A stretch of 30,528 bases of DNA from Hormiphora californensis (Eukaryota; Animalia; Ctenophora). Of this stretch, positions 1-9,855 are shown piece after piece (positions within the stretch are counted from its first letter, which is position 1; the number at the start of each line of letters is the position of its first letter). The notes beneath the pieces were generated by a model. It was given only the letters and a program-made list of their open reading frames with translations. It ran no database searches and had not been told where the DNA came from. The stretch spans positions 1 through 30,528 of the forward strand of contig WFME01000018.1 of assembly GCA_020137815.1 (NCBI GenBank), in the 5' to 3' direction. A program made the translations under genes and the position numbers.

Positions 1-51
1 AACCGTCGCTTGGACCCTCTATTTATGCTGGATTAATCAAAATTGCCCTGA

Positions 52-127
52 GGTATACCGTCTAGACACCGTCTAGACGGCGTTGCGACGCCGTCTAGAC
101 GCCGTATGCGGCAAATGAGAAATTGCC
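52..127. mobile_element. Right terminus fragment of a TCTAGACG-rich foldback (Mutator-like) element
   Basis: ggtataccgtctagac...gccgtatgcggcaaatgagaaattgcc closely matches the right end of the complete element at 20280-21712. Confidence 0.8.
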
Positions 128-145
128 CTGGTGCTGTTAGAGAAA

Positions 146-345
146 CGATCAAATTAGGGGCAAAGTGGCCCATGTTCTGCACCGGAGCATGGGCCACTTT
201 GCCCCTAACTTGACCGTCCGGACTACATTTTGTTCTGGACCACTTTGCCCCAGTGAATTCCAATGTCACGTGGTATTGCAGGCGCCATTTCATTGGTCCT
301 AGAGGTGGACCACTTTGCCCCAGAGAGTGGACCATATTTACCCCA
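146..345. repeat. Palindrome (146-216) plus dispersed ggaccactttgccccag repeats; probable DNA-transposon terminal remnant
   Basis: ttaggggcaaagtggcccatg / catgggccactttgcccctaa are inverted arms; the motif recurs at ~237, ~307 and degenerate at ~329. Confidence 0.6.
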
Positions 346-805
346 GTTTGACAAAATTGACAATTTCTTAAAAAATTGTATACCATGTTTTAGAGAAATA
401 TAATGCCTAACTGGCAGTTTTTGCAAAATTAAAATCGGCCAACCCAAACAGAAGTACTAGTAGTTAGATGATGCAGACGATTAACCAGGGGGAACCTGTA
501 GCGGGGGGGGGGGGGGGTGGCGGCCAACATCGGCCTGAATATAAATACGTGTATACACTTATAATAATCAAATCTGTAATAAATTTAATATAAAAATAGT
601 CAGTTACCCAACTTGGTATATCTGCTCGTCCCTGCTGCCTTCGCCCCTCAATCTCCCCCGATGCCCCCTGATGGATATAGTTATTGATCGCACCATGGCG
701 AAAGATAATCTGAGTCGAAGATAGCGGATACATTGTTCGTCTAGGAGTATCCCGTTGTCTTAGCTTTCTTATCGGCTAGCTGTTTCAGTGGAACCTGTAG
801 CTGTA

Positions 806-1185
806 TTTTTTCCCCGCCCGGGTGAATGCCGAAGGCATTCACCCGGATGCCTTTTGCAAAAAGGCATAGGGGTTTAGAATTCGACAGGTTTACATACTAG
901 TGAAGTGTCACGCTTTTTTTGTCCCGTGACGTAACCCGATTAGTTGCGAGGGACAACGGTGTTGCTCCTTCATCAAATACTTCAATGGCACGTTTTCAGG
1001 AAATGTGAGCCACGCAATGTGGCGCGCAATTTAGTGCTACTAAAACACAATGATTTGTTCTACACGGTTTGAGTGATTCATAAATGATCGGAAATGTCTG
1101 TCCCGCCTTCACATTAGATAGTTATGAAAATAAACGTTGGCGGGGAAACATAGCATTATGAAACATAATGCAGTTATTCTTGTTT
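806..1185 (+). mobile_element. Non-autonomous Helentron-like (DINE/HINE-type) element
   Basis: Subterminal inverted repeats tttccccgcc (809-818) / ggcggggaaa (1139-1148); 5' hairpins at 818-846 and 847-867; 3' hairpin gcattatg-aaa-cataatgc (1153-1171) followed by cttgt; T-runs on both flanks; no TSD. Confidence 0.65.
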
Positions 1186-1247
1186 TCCTTGATAATGCAG
1201 AATTAGTGCAGGTGAATCACTGTTTTTAGTTCAGTTTTAACAAATAT

Positions 1248-1369
1248 ACTCCATTTTTTTCAACTGTTCACCCCCAAAGTCGTGCGCGGAATTTTTTGCG
1301 CGCGCAGCGTAAATTTAAATATCGCATGGGCATGAGTTGAGGGGTGAACAGTTGAATAAAAATGAACTT
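1248..1369. repeat. Short inverted-repeat element (cattttttcaactgttcaccc arms)
   Basis: Inverted arms; a related copy in opposite orientation at 13505-13660 shares the cccccaaagtcgtgcgcggaatt segment. Confidence 0.6.
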
Positions 1370-1571
1370 TAATCAGCCATTTCTTTCAGGTAGGGCATCA
1401 AACAGATAGTATCAACGCTACTGACTTTTTATCAAGATCACTTGTGACAGACTTTAAACAGAAGGCGTAAGTATTTGATCATGCATTAGTTTCATATTAG
1501 CTAGATACTGAATGGCCTAGTCGACAAAAATTTGAAATAGCACACCCTACCCCGCATCCACCTCTCTCTTT

Positions 1572-2611
1572 CTTGACTTACTTGACTTGACTTAGGGCGT
1601 TTGGTATTTCCGAACTCCATGAATAACATTTCTCCACCCGACACGATCAATCATAACAGTAGACATTTCGGAGGTTTCCCTGAGTCCCGTGTCCCGCCTG
1701 AGTACATCCACAAAGGTCTGCTTTGGTCGTCCTCGCCTGAATTTCCGTGGAGAGGCTCCCAGAGTATCACCTTGTTGAGCGTGATTTCAGGGTGACGCAC
1801 AGTGTGACCGGCTAGTCGGAGTCTCCTTTCAGCTATTTTGGTGCTAAGGATAGGTAGATTTCCGATACCATGATACAGCGTGGCATTGCTCATTTTAAGG
1901 AGGTACTGGTTTTTATTTAGTGCCATCCGTAGCATCCTCGTGTAGGTACCGTTAAGACTCCGTTCCATATCTTTGGTGAGCGTCCAGCTTTCGCACCCGT
2001 ACAAGAGAACTGTTTCAACCGTTGCTACAAAGAGTCTGCTGGCCTTGATCTTGTCGTTTAGCTTTGAATTCCAAACAGTCCTAAGCCCGTGACACGCATT
2101 CCATGCTTTGGCCTTCCTAACCTTAATGTCCCTCTTTGAGTCCCTTACCCACGATCCAAGATATTTAAAGTCCTCACTCAACTTTATCCTAGTGCCATCG
2201 ATGCTGTGGAGAGGACCGGGGTCTGGTATACCTTCAACTGGTATACCTTCAACCATAAACCCTGTCTTCGCCTGGTTTATCTCGAGACCCACCTCCTTAC
2301 AGACACTCTATCTCCCGCATGATAACGCCAAGATCTTCCACTGAGTCAGCTAGGAGAGCTACATCATCAGCAAAGTCTGTGTCAGTAACTCGCTCTGCGC
2401 CAACTCTTCTACTCCGGGCTGGCTTCAGTGTGAATCCGATATCATGGTGCCTCTCCAGTGCTGTTCGCATACAGTAATCGAGCACAATGATAAACAGGTA
2501 GGGCGCTAGAGTATCCCCTTGCAACACCCCGGCAACTATTTCAAATATGTCCGTGAGGCCGTCTGGGGTGAGGACCTGAGCTCTTGTATTACTGTACATC
2601 CACTGGATGGC
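1572..2611 (-). mobile_element. RTE-clade non-LTR retrotransposon, 3' portion
   Basis: RT motifs GVLQGDTLAPYLF, DFADD, FKYLGS, VLLYGCESW, RRLRLAGH; 3' tail taagtcaagtcaagtaagtcaag on the minus strand (1572-1594). Confidence 0.92.
1592..2611 (-). pseudogene. Frameshifted RTE reverse transcriptase (C-terminal half)
   Basis: ORFs 2297-2599 and 1651-2292 join by a frameshift near 2305; a second frameshift near 1742 restores RRGRPKQTFVDVLRRDTGL...QTP* ending at TAA 1592-1594; collinear with ORF 8452-9855. Confidence 0.9.
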
Positions 2612-2812
2612 CAGCGTTAAAATCTGGGTGTTTTGGGAGTGCTGACAAACGGTTTTTTAGGGTTAGGGCTACAGTAGGGTTTGGGTTGGGGTTAGGCCTT
2701 GACATTCCCTACCAGATAAACTTTGAATCAGCCAAAACGGTTGAGTGGTTTGGCGGTTAAAGCCATTTTAATGAATCAACTTTTTTGGCAGTGCGCACCT
2801 GTAAACGGTGTG

Positions 2813-2985
2813 CGGACTTTAGTGCTACACTCTAAGTCTAAAGAGGACTCTAAATCTAAATTTAGATTTAGATAAAGATTCCAAATAATTCTAAACTCTA
2901 TGAGGACTCTTTATCTAAAAATTCTACACAGGGCGGACTCTTTATCTAAAAAGTATAAACAAAGTGGACTCTATATCTACATAAA
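2813..2985. repeat. Degenerate ~30-bp-period repeat with ggactct(t/a)tatcta core
   Basis: Core motif at ~2844, ~2903, ~2935 and ~2966; also contains palindrome ctaaatctaaatttagatttag. Confidence 0.55.
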
Positions 2986-3238
2986 TCTAAACTATCTCTA
3001 TTATAATTTGGAGATGTCGCGTCGAAGTGGCCGTTCGTTAGGCGGTATCTAAGCGACAGACTGCTCCTTCATAAAACACTCTATGTGCCCAAAGCTGCAG
3101 AGCTGTTGCTCACACTTTTGGAACTTCCAGTGGAAGTTTATTAATATTTTCGAATGCCTTTTAACATGCCAGTCCCCATAGTTACCAATTCAGTTGCCAT
3201 GGCAACCGTGTTATTGACGTTAAAAGTGGCGAAAAGAA

Positions 3239-3306
3239 CCACTCGGCGAAGCCGGGTGGGTTATCAAAAAACCCTTACTTGAGGCGCACCCGATGGGTGC
3301 GCTAGT
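3239..3306 (+). mobile_element. Possible rolling-circle (Helitron/Helentron) 3' end
   Basis: Hairpins ccactcggc-gaa-gccgggtgg (3239-3259) and gcgcaccc-gat-gggtgcgc (3284-3302) running into CTAG|T; 5' end not located. Confidence 0.4.
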
Positions 3307-3699
3307 TATTCAAAATTAGCTTGATGGCTATACAGTGCTCAATCTTTACAGAGAGTTATTAACACGAAAACCAAAGAAATCGAATTTTCTGTGTTACGAA
3401 CGTTTCATGGATAAACCAATCTTCAGACGATAGAAAACATATTCACTTTCGGTCATAAAACCACCACTACTCCTTTATAAAAACATCCCTATATGAACAG
3501 TGAACACACATCAAAAAAATTAAAATTCCAAAAAACCTAGTTATTAATTTACAAATACAAACACGAGTGTTTTAACAGAAAACAATTGTTTCACTACCAG
3601 CGGTAGATCATCAGTTCCGATAATGAAAATATCAACAAACAAACAAATCATTCCCTGCTCCTTTAGAAACATTTTAATAGCATGAACTTCCGGGTGTGT

Positions 3700-4787
3700 C
3701 TGCATTTTCCCACAACTTCCGAGCGCTTGTTCAGGGGAGTTATATCCGTCCTCTTGGAGTTTTCCAGTATTTGTACTTTCTCCGTGGTGCAGAGGTCGCA
3801 CGATTGTGTGGGTCCATTGGGTGGGTGCCCTCTGTCTTCCCTTCTTCTTCCGGAACCTAACGTTGGCTACTTCCAATCTGGTCTCCTCAGCTGTCTCCTG
3901 GAGCAGCTCTCCATTTCTACTGGTATGTTGATGGAAATACCACCCGAAGCCAGAGTCCTCCCAGCCAATTCTGGCGTTAAAATCTCCGGCAACGACAAGG
4001 AGGTTATGAGCTGGAACAGTATTGATGTAGTCCCTTAGGGCGGAATCACACCAAGATCTTCCAAAGAATTGTTTCGACGCACCAAACTCAATCACACTGA
4101 AAAGTATGGTTGGTTCTTCACAGCAGGCGTTCAGTTGTTGTGAACGCCTTCTATGCGCGGCGCATTGGCACGTGCATCTTGGGCGCTGGCAGGCTTTCAC
4201 ATGTTGTAACATATAGAAACCTGCCAGCGCCCAAGATGCACGTGCCAATGCGCCGCGCACAGCAGGCGTTCACGACAACTGATCGCCTGCTGTGAAGATC
4301 CAACCATACTTTTCAGTGTGATTGAGTTTGGTGCGTCGAAACAATTCTTTCGAAGATCTTGGTGTGATTCCGCCCTGAGATCGTGGTGAAACTTCTCAAC
4401 TTCCTTTACATTCGCACACTCAGTGGGCGAGTAAACCGAGATGACTGTCAGTTTCGGATTACTGGCCAAGGTAATGGCTAGAATTCTATGGGACACAGCT
4501 CGTATCTCGCAAATGAGCTTCGAGTACTCAGTTCTCATCAGAACTCCAACCGATGCCCCTGCGCCATTGCGCCAAGCTGTAGATGTGATAAGAGTTTCTC
4601 CTGGCCCAGCCTGAATCTGCCTGACTGTGTCTGCGTGGACAATGCGGTGTTCCTGCAAAGTGATGATGCCCAGGCCATTGTCAGCAAATTGGTAAACCAG
4701 CTCTGTTAACTTTTCCTTAACACGGAGTGTTCGACAGTTAAATGTTCCAATGCGTGTATCAATCAAGTCGAGTCATAGCTATTCATA
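3700..4787 (-). pseudogene. RTE apurinic-like endonuclease (APE) domain, interrupted by a MITE and by deletions
   Basis: Motifs IGTFNCRTL, LQEHR, VGVL, SVYSPT, AGDFNARIG, NGELL; removing 4038-4375 plus one 3-bp TSD gives FHHDL-RDYINTVP; the 3' boundary is approximate. Confidence 0.88.
4038..4375. mobile_element. PIF/Harbinger-like (Tourist) palindromic MITE
   Basis: gggcggaatcacaccaagatctt TIRs; inverted along nearly its full length; flanks TTA/TGA (3-bp TSD, 1 mismatch); splits the APE frame. Confidence 0.85.
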
Positions 4788-5546
4788 TTATTTTTCTTGG
4801 TTGCAGTATCCCAGGTGGGTCGCCACTTCACCTGGCTGAGTCACTTTCAGTTCATCAGAACAGCATATATGGCTGAGCTGGATAGACTGTTGGTGAGCAG
4901 TTGTCTAAGCAGAGGTCTGGTCCACAATGTGATGTCAGTGTGGGGACTCCCTATGCTAATGCACTGTTTAGCCCACGCGGACAATGGCCGCTTACGCAGC
5001 CTGCGTGGTTACCACTCCTAGGTCATCGGGTGCCAAACTGACCGGGACATAAGTGCATCTCCCTACTGGTGAGTCTTTTAAATAACAGAGACAGTAGAGA
5101 GCAGGAGCAACTTTCTCCAAGGAAGTTTTCAAAGAAGAATAGCTCAATTTTCAATCAATTTCAATCAATCAAGCTCCTGCCCGAGCTCCTGCCCGAGTAT
5201 CCATATTCTCGGTCAAATCATTACCAAACCCGTTAGGTAATTACACACATGTGAGATATATGCCAGGGGGGGCACATAATAGTGACCCCTCACCCTCACC
5301 ATTTATAGTTAGCCCCTTGGGTACTGTATCTTTATCAACTACAATTGACCAATTCAATTGCAGACACGCTGGGTACACGCCATAATGTACAAGGACTATA
5401 CTTTGGACAACTGGTGAAGATTGTTTACGAATTTGGTATTTATGTTTTGTTAGGGTTACAGTTTAATAGTAGTGCTACTGAACATTTGGCAGGTCGGAAG
5501 AATCTCGATACGCTATTACAGTACTGTAATATGTAACTCAATATCA

Positions 5547-5720
5547 TAGCACTGGCAAGTGCCCCGGGCCCAAAAGGGGGGTGTGGGGGCACAGCCCCCA
5601 CCATAAACGGGGGTGTGGGGGCACAGCCCCCACCTTAGAAATACCCTCTAACTCAAAAAACAAAAGAGAGAGCACACGCAACACTTCTACACACAAGCGC
5701 GTGAAAACCTGCCAGTGCTA
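5547..5720. repeat. Inverted repeat tagcactggca enclosing two gtggggg-cacag-cccccac hairpins
   Basis: IR at 5547-5560 / 5707-5720; direct repeat ggggtgtgggggcacagcccccacc x2 (~5578-5634); element class unresolved. Confidence 0.5.
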
Positions 5721-6180
5721 CTATATAGCATTGCAGATTTCGGGGTTTTTGATGCTTTAAAAAAGCATGTTCCAGATGAAGTAGAGAGCTGAAATTTTGT
5801 ACTCTGAGGGCCCTCATATAGGAGAAGAGGCATACAAATTTTCAGAACGATCGGATGTAAGGTAAAAATTTGCCAGAGGGGTCCCAAAATGCAAAAATGT
5901 AAGGAGGGGGAGGGGGAGGGGGAGGGGGAGGGGAGGGGGGGGAGGACGCTTTTTTATCTTTGAGTGTTCTCCTAAACCACAAATAGTAGAGACTTGCCGT
6001 TTGGAACAGTGGTTCCTTACATCATTGCGCTCGGTAATAGCTGTGTGAGAACTTCGAAATCGCCATGGTTCATTAATTATTCATTAATTAGTCATTAAAT
6101 ATTCATTTAAACTATGGTTGCGATATGGCACGACTTGAAGGTCATAAAGAATTAAAACCGGTCTTATTCGACGGGGAATG

Positions 6181-6745
6181 GTCGATTTATGGGGGGTCTT
6201 ACTCGGGACAAAAATCTCTATCTCGCCACGTTAAGCCGTTATTTGCATATTTATGCACCAATTCACGATTTTATTCATATTTTCAATATTTTCACTTCGG
6301 CTGGTCCTAGAACGTTTTCATGGACATATTTCGACGCAAAATAGTCGATTTATGGGGGGTCGTCCCCCGGACAAAAAGTCGTATCTCGCACCGTTAAGCC
6401 GTTATTTGCATATTTATGCACCGATTCATGATTTAATGAATATTCTGAATATTTCCAGTTAGGCTGATCCTAGAACGTTTTCATGGACATATTTCGACGC
6501 AAAATAGTCGATTTATGGGGGGTCTTACTCGGAACAAAAATCTCTATCTGGCACCGTTAAGCCGTTATTTGCATATTTATGCACCGATTCATGAATTAAT
6601 GCATATTCTTAATATTTCCACTTCGGCTGGTCCTATAATGTTTTCATGGACATATTCCGGCGCAGAATAGTCTATTTATGGGGGGTCGTCCCCCTGACAA
6701 AATGTCGTATCTCTCACCGTTTAGTCGTTATTCGCATATTTATGA
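6181..6745. repeat. 163-bp tandem repeat, ~3.5 units, alternating A/B variants
   Basis: gtc(g/t)atttatggggggtc starts at 6181, 6344, 6507 and 6670. Confidence 0.9.
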
Positions 6746-6817
6746 ACTATTTAAATTCGAAAATATGCAGAAATCATAAAAAAATAGCTTTTTCTATTTA
6801 ACACCAAAAAGAACAGA

Positions 6818-7075
6818 AATTAAGTCCAAAAACCAATTAAATAAATTAGTTTGGATGCCCGGGCCCATGTGGTGTCACGGGGTAACACCTTTAGGCTACT
6901 GTCATAAATGATGGATATCGAGAGAGATAAAGGCAAAGGAAATTAGGATAGAAAGAGTGAGATATAATCAGGAAAGACGGAGAGATAGATTAGACTTAGA
7001 GGAGAGAGAAAAAGAGAGATATAGTGAAAGAAACAGTGAGAGAGAAAGAGAGAGAGAGAGAAATAGTGTGCGAGA

Positions 7076-7107
<32 letters not shown>

Positions 7108-7259
7108 TAGATAGAGATGGAAAGATTGAAGGATAATAACAATTAGCAATTAACGAGATATGCCGTTAATTATGGCAGTAGCCTAAAGGTGTTACCCCGT
7201 GACACCACATGGGCCCGGGCATCCAAACTAATTTATTTAATTGGTTTTTGGACTTAATT
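6818..7259. mobile_element. MITE with 90-bp TIRs, GA-microsatellite core and 5-bp TSD
   Basis: 6818-6907 is the reverse complement of 7170-7259 (1 mismatch seen); acaga at 6813-6817 and 7260-7264. Confidence 0.85.
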
Positions 7260-7592
7260 ACAGAGTTATAAACTCTTGCCAGTGGCACGTTATCTCACAC
7301 TAACAAGAGAGAGAACACTAATTAAAGTGAGACTGGACCGGATCAGAAATGGACAAGTTTGTGGCAATTTTGCATTTGCGGGCATCGCACTATAGACGCA
7401 GTACCCACGTACTATAGACGCATTATAAACGCATTATAAACGCATTATAGACGCATTATAGACACACGCAATATAGACGCAATTTCGTAAGCAGCACTAT
7501 AGACGCAATATAGACGCATTATAACAGCAATATAAACGCATTTTTATAGACGCGACGCAGTATAGCCGCATTATAGGCGCACTACCCACCCC

Positions 7593-9855
7593 GTTGGTAG
7601 TGTAGGGTCTGATCATAGAACAGTTCTTGGTTTCCTTCGCCTCAGTCTACGGAAGACTAAACGTGCTAAAGGACAGATCAAGTTCGATTATACTTGTCTC
7701 AGAGAGGAGCCTGACCTGTGTGAGAGGTACAATGTGGAGGTGAGGAATAGGTATGATGTGTTGAGAACAGATGTGGAGGATGCTTCTGGAAGGTATGGGG
7801 CATTTGTGTCGGCTGTTGGTGAAACCAATAAGCACCTACTGCCACGGAAGCGCAGACGTGCTACCGATAGCGCTATGAGTGACCTGAGAGTTCGTAGTGT
7901 AAGAGACGAGTTGTTCGAAGCTAAGAAAGCTTTGTTTCTCCATCCCACTGAGAATAATAGAGTCGAGGTTAGCGAGAGGAGAGAACTCTTAAAGGAAACG
8001 CATGCCTCAGTCACTGAAGAACTTATCTCTCAGAAGATTCGTCGGGTAGAAACTGCTAATGATGAGAGGAAAAATAAGGTGGCGTGGGACCTCATTAGAG
8101 ATGTTACTGGAGACTCTAAAGGAAATGGTGGTGGCCTGGTAGAAGGTGGTAGTGCTGAGGGGAGGCTGGAGTCTTGGAGGAAACACTTTTCTGGGATACT
8201 CGGTGAACCGCCTAGTGTTCCTGATGAGGACCTTGTCATTAATACAGTATGTGAGGAGCTCCCTATATCTACGGATACGTTCAGTCAGGATGAGTATACC
8301 GCAGCTAAGAGGTCCATTAAGGAGGGGAAGGCGCCTGGAGATGATGGTCTAGCACCTGAGATCCTGAAACGGGGAGGTGTCGATGACATTGTATTAGAGT
8401 TCTTCAACGACGCACTGTCTGGCGGCGCCAGACCCCATTTGATTCTCAACAGTGCGCTCAGATGGGTCGCGGCGCCAGACAGACGACGCACTGGAATATG
8501 GTAGTTTCCCTGAACAAAGGAAGAGCCTTCTTATAGTTCCAGTTCCTAAAAAGGGGGACCTCACTAAAACTAGTAACTATAGGGGAATCTCTCTGACCTC
8601 CGTTGCTCTAAAAACTCTCAATAAGATGATCCTCAACCGCCTACTACCCCATATTGAGCCTATTTTGAGGGATAACCAGAATGGATTCCGACCAGGGAGG
8701 TCTACTACCAGTCACATTCTAGCCCTCCGGCGGTTGTTGGAAGGGGTAACAGAAAGGAAATTAACTTCTGTTATCCTATTTATAGACTTTCGGCGTGCGT
8801 TTGATTCTTTGCACAGGGGTATTCTTATGCGCATTCTGAGAGCTTACGGTATTCCTGACAAATTAGTTCGGCTTATAGAATGTTCGTATGAGGACACCAT
8901 GGCCCGGGTTAAAACGGAGGACGGACTCACGGAGGCTATATTAATTCTGGCTGGCGTTTTACAGGGGGACACCTTGGCTCCATATTTGTTTATTATAGCT
9001 ATTGACTATGTCATGAGAGAGGCTCTGGCTGGTAGGGACGTTGGATTTACCCTCAGGAAGAGGAAGAGTAGGCGTTATCCTGAAGTGAAGATCACAGACA
9101 CCGATTACGCTGATGACCTGTCACTCCTTTCGGACACAATCGAACAGGCACAGGAATTCTTAGAAAGTCTGGAAACGGCAGCGGCTGCAGTTGGTCTTCA
9201 CCTGAATGAAGGGAAGACTAAGTTTATGGCTACTGGTATAGAGGAACCTTCCCTCGTTAGCTCTACGGGAAACTATCTAGAACAAGTGGACGATTTCGTT
9301 TACCTTGGTGCCCACCTTAAATCGACGGAGATGGATTTTAACATTAGGAAGGCTAAGGCCTGGGCAGCCTGTCATAGACTCAAAGGAATATGGAAAACTG
9401 ACCTGAGAAGGAGCATTAAGGTAAACCTGTTCCGTACTACTGTAGAGGCCATTCTATTATACGGCGCTGAAACGTGGACCCTTACATCTACTATGGAGAA
9501 ACAATTGGATGGCTGTTATAGTAGGATGCTACGAATGGCGCTTGGCATCAACTGGTGGGATAGGGTCTCTAATGAGGAAGTCTTCCAGAATGTCCCCAGA
9601 GTTTCTGAGACTGTGAGGACTCGTAGACTTAGGCTGGCTGGACATGTCCACAGGCACGAGGAGCTAATAGCTCACCAACTGCTGTTTTGGGAACCTGATA
9701 GGGGCTCTAGAAGCCGGGGTAGACCCAAGAAAACCTATATTAACCAGCTCAGGGAGGATACTGGCCTATCTGATGATGGCGATATCAAGAGGCTAATGGA
9801 AGATCGTGTGCTGTGGCGGACCGAACTGACTGCTCGGACAATGAAGCCGCCTTAA
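7593..9855 (+). pseudogene. RTE ORF (end of APE domain, linker, RT), disrupted only by a 76-bp insertion
   Basis: Frame open from 7593 (VGSVGSDHR...), then KAPGDDG, PVPKKGDL, NYRGISL, QNGFR, FIDFRRAFDS, LQGDTLAP, YADD, YLG; removing 8415-8490 gives 729 uninterrupted codons including the stop. Confidence 0.93.
8415..8482. mobile_element. 68-bp mini-MITE with 8-bp TSD
   Basis: TIR ctgtctggcg / cgccagacag (13/14 when extended); TSD acgacgca at 8407-8414 and 8483-8490; relatives at 25248-25314 and 27258-27336. Confidence 0.9.

Noticed and set aside
2656-2697. Interstitial telomere (TTAGGG)
   Set aside because: Only two or three exact units within a degenerate G/T tract
2813-2985. CRISPR-like repeat-spacer pattern (also considered for 6181-6745 and the GGCGCC arrays)
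   Set aside because: Repeats are degenerate or fully tandem, there are no constant-length unique spacers, no cas genes, and the context is eukaryotic
3544-4260. 238-aa ORF as a novel protein
   Set aside because: A chimera of MITE sequence, an APE fragment and downstream non-coding DNA
4930-5080. HDV-like ribozyme at the RTE 5' end
   Set aside because: Stems exist, but I could not assemble P1/P1.1/P2/P3 with the required GG and catalytic C by eye; left to a descriptor search
7734-9855. Two separate genes (256 aa and 467 aa), a programmed frameshift, or a bacterial retron/group II intron/DGR RT
   Set aside because: They form one RTE ORF split by a TSD-flanked 68-bp insertion; the APE remnant, TSD and (TAAG)n tail identify a eukaryotic non-LTR element
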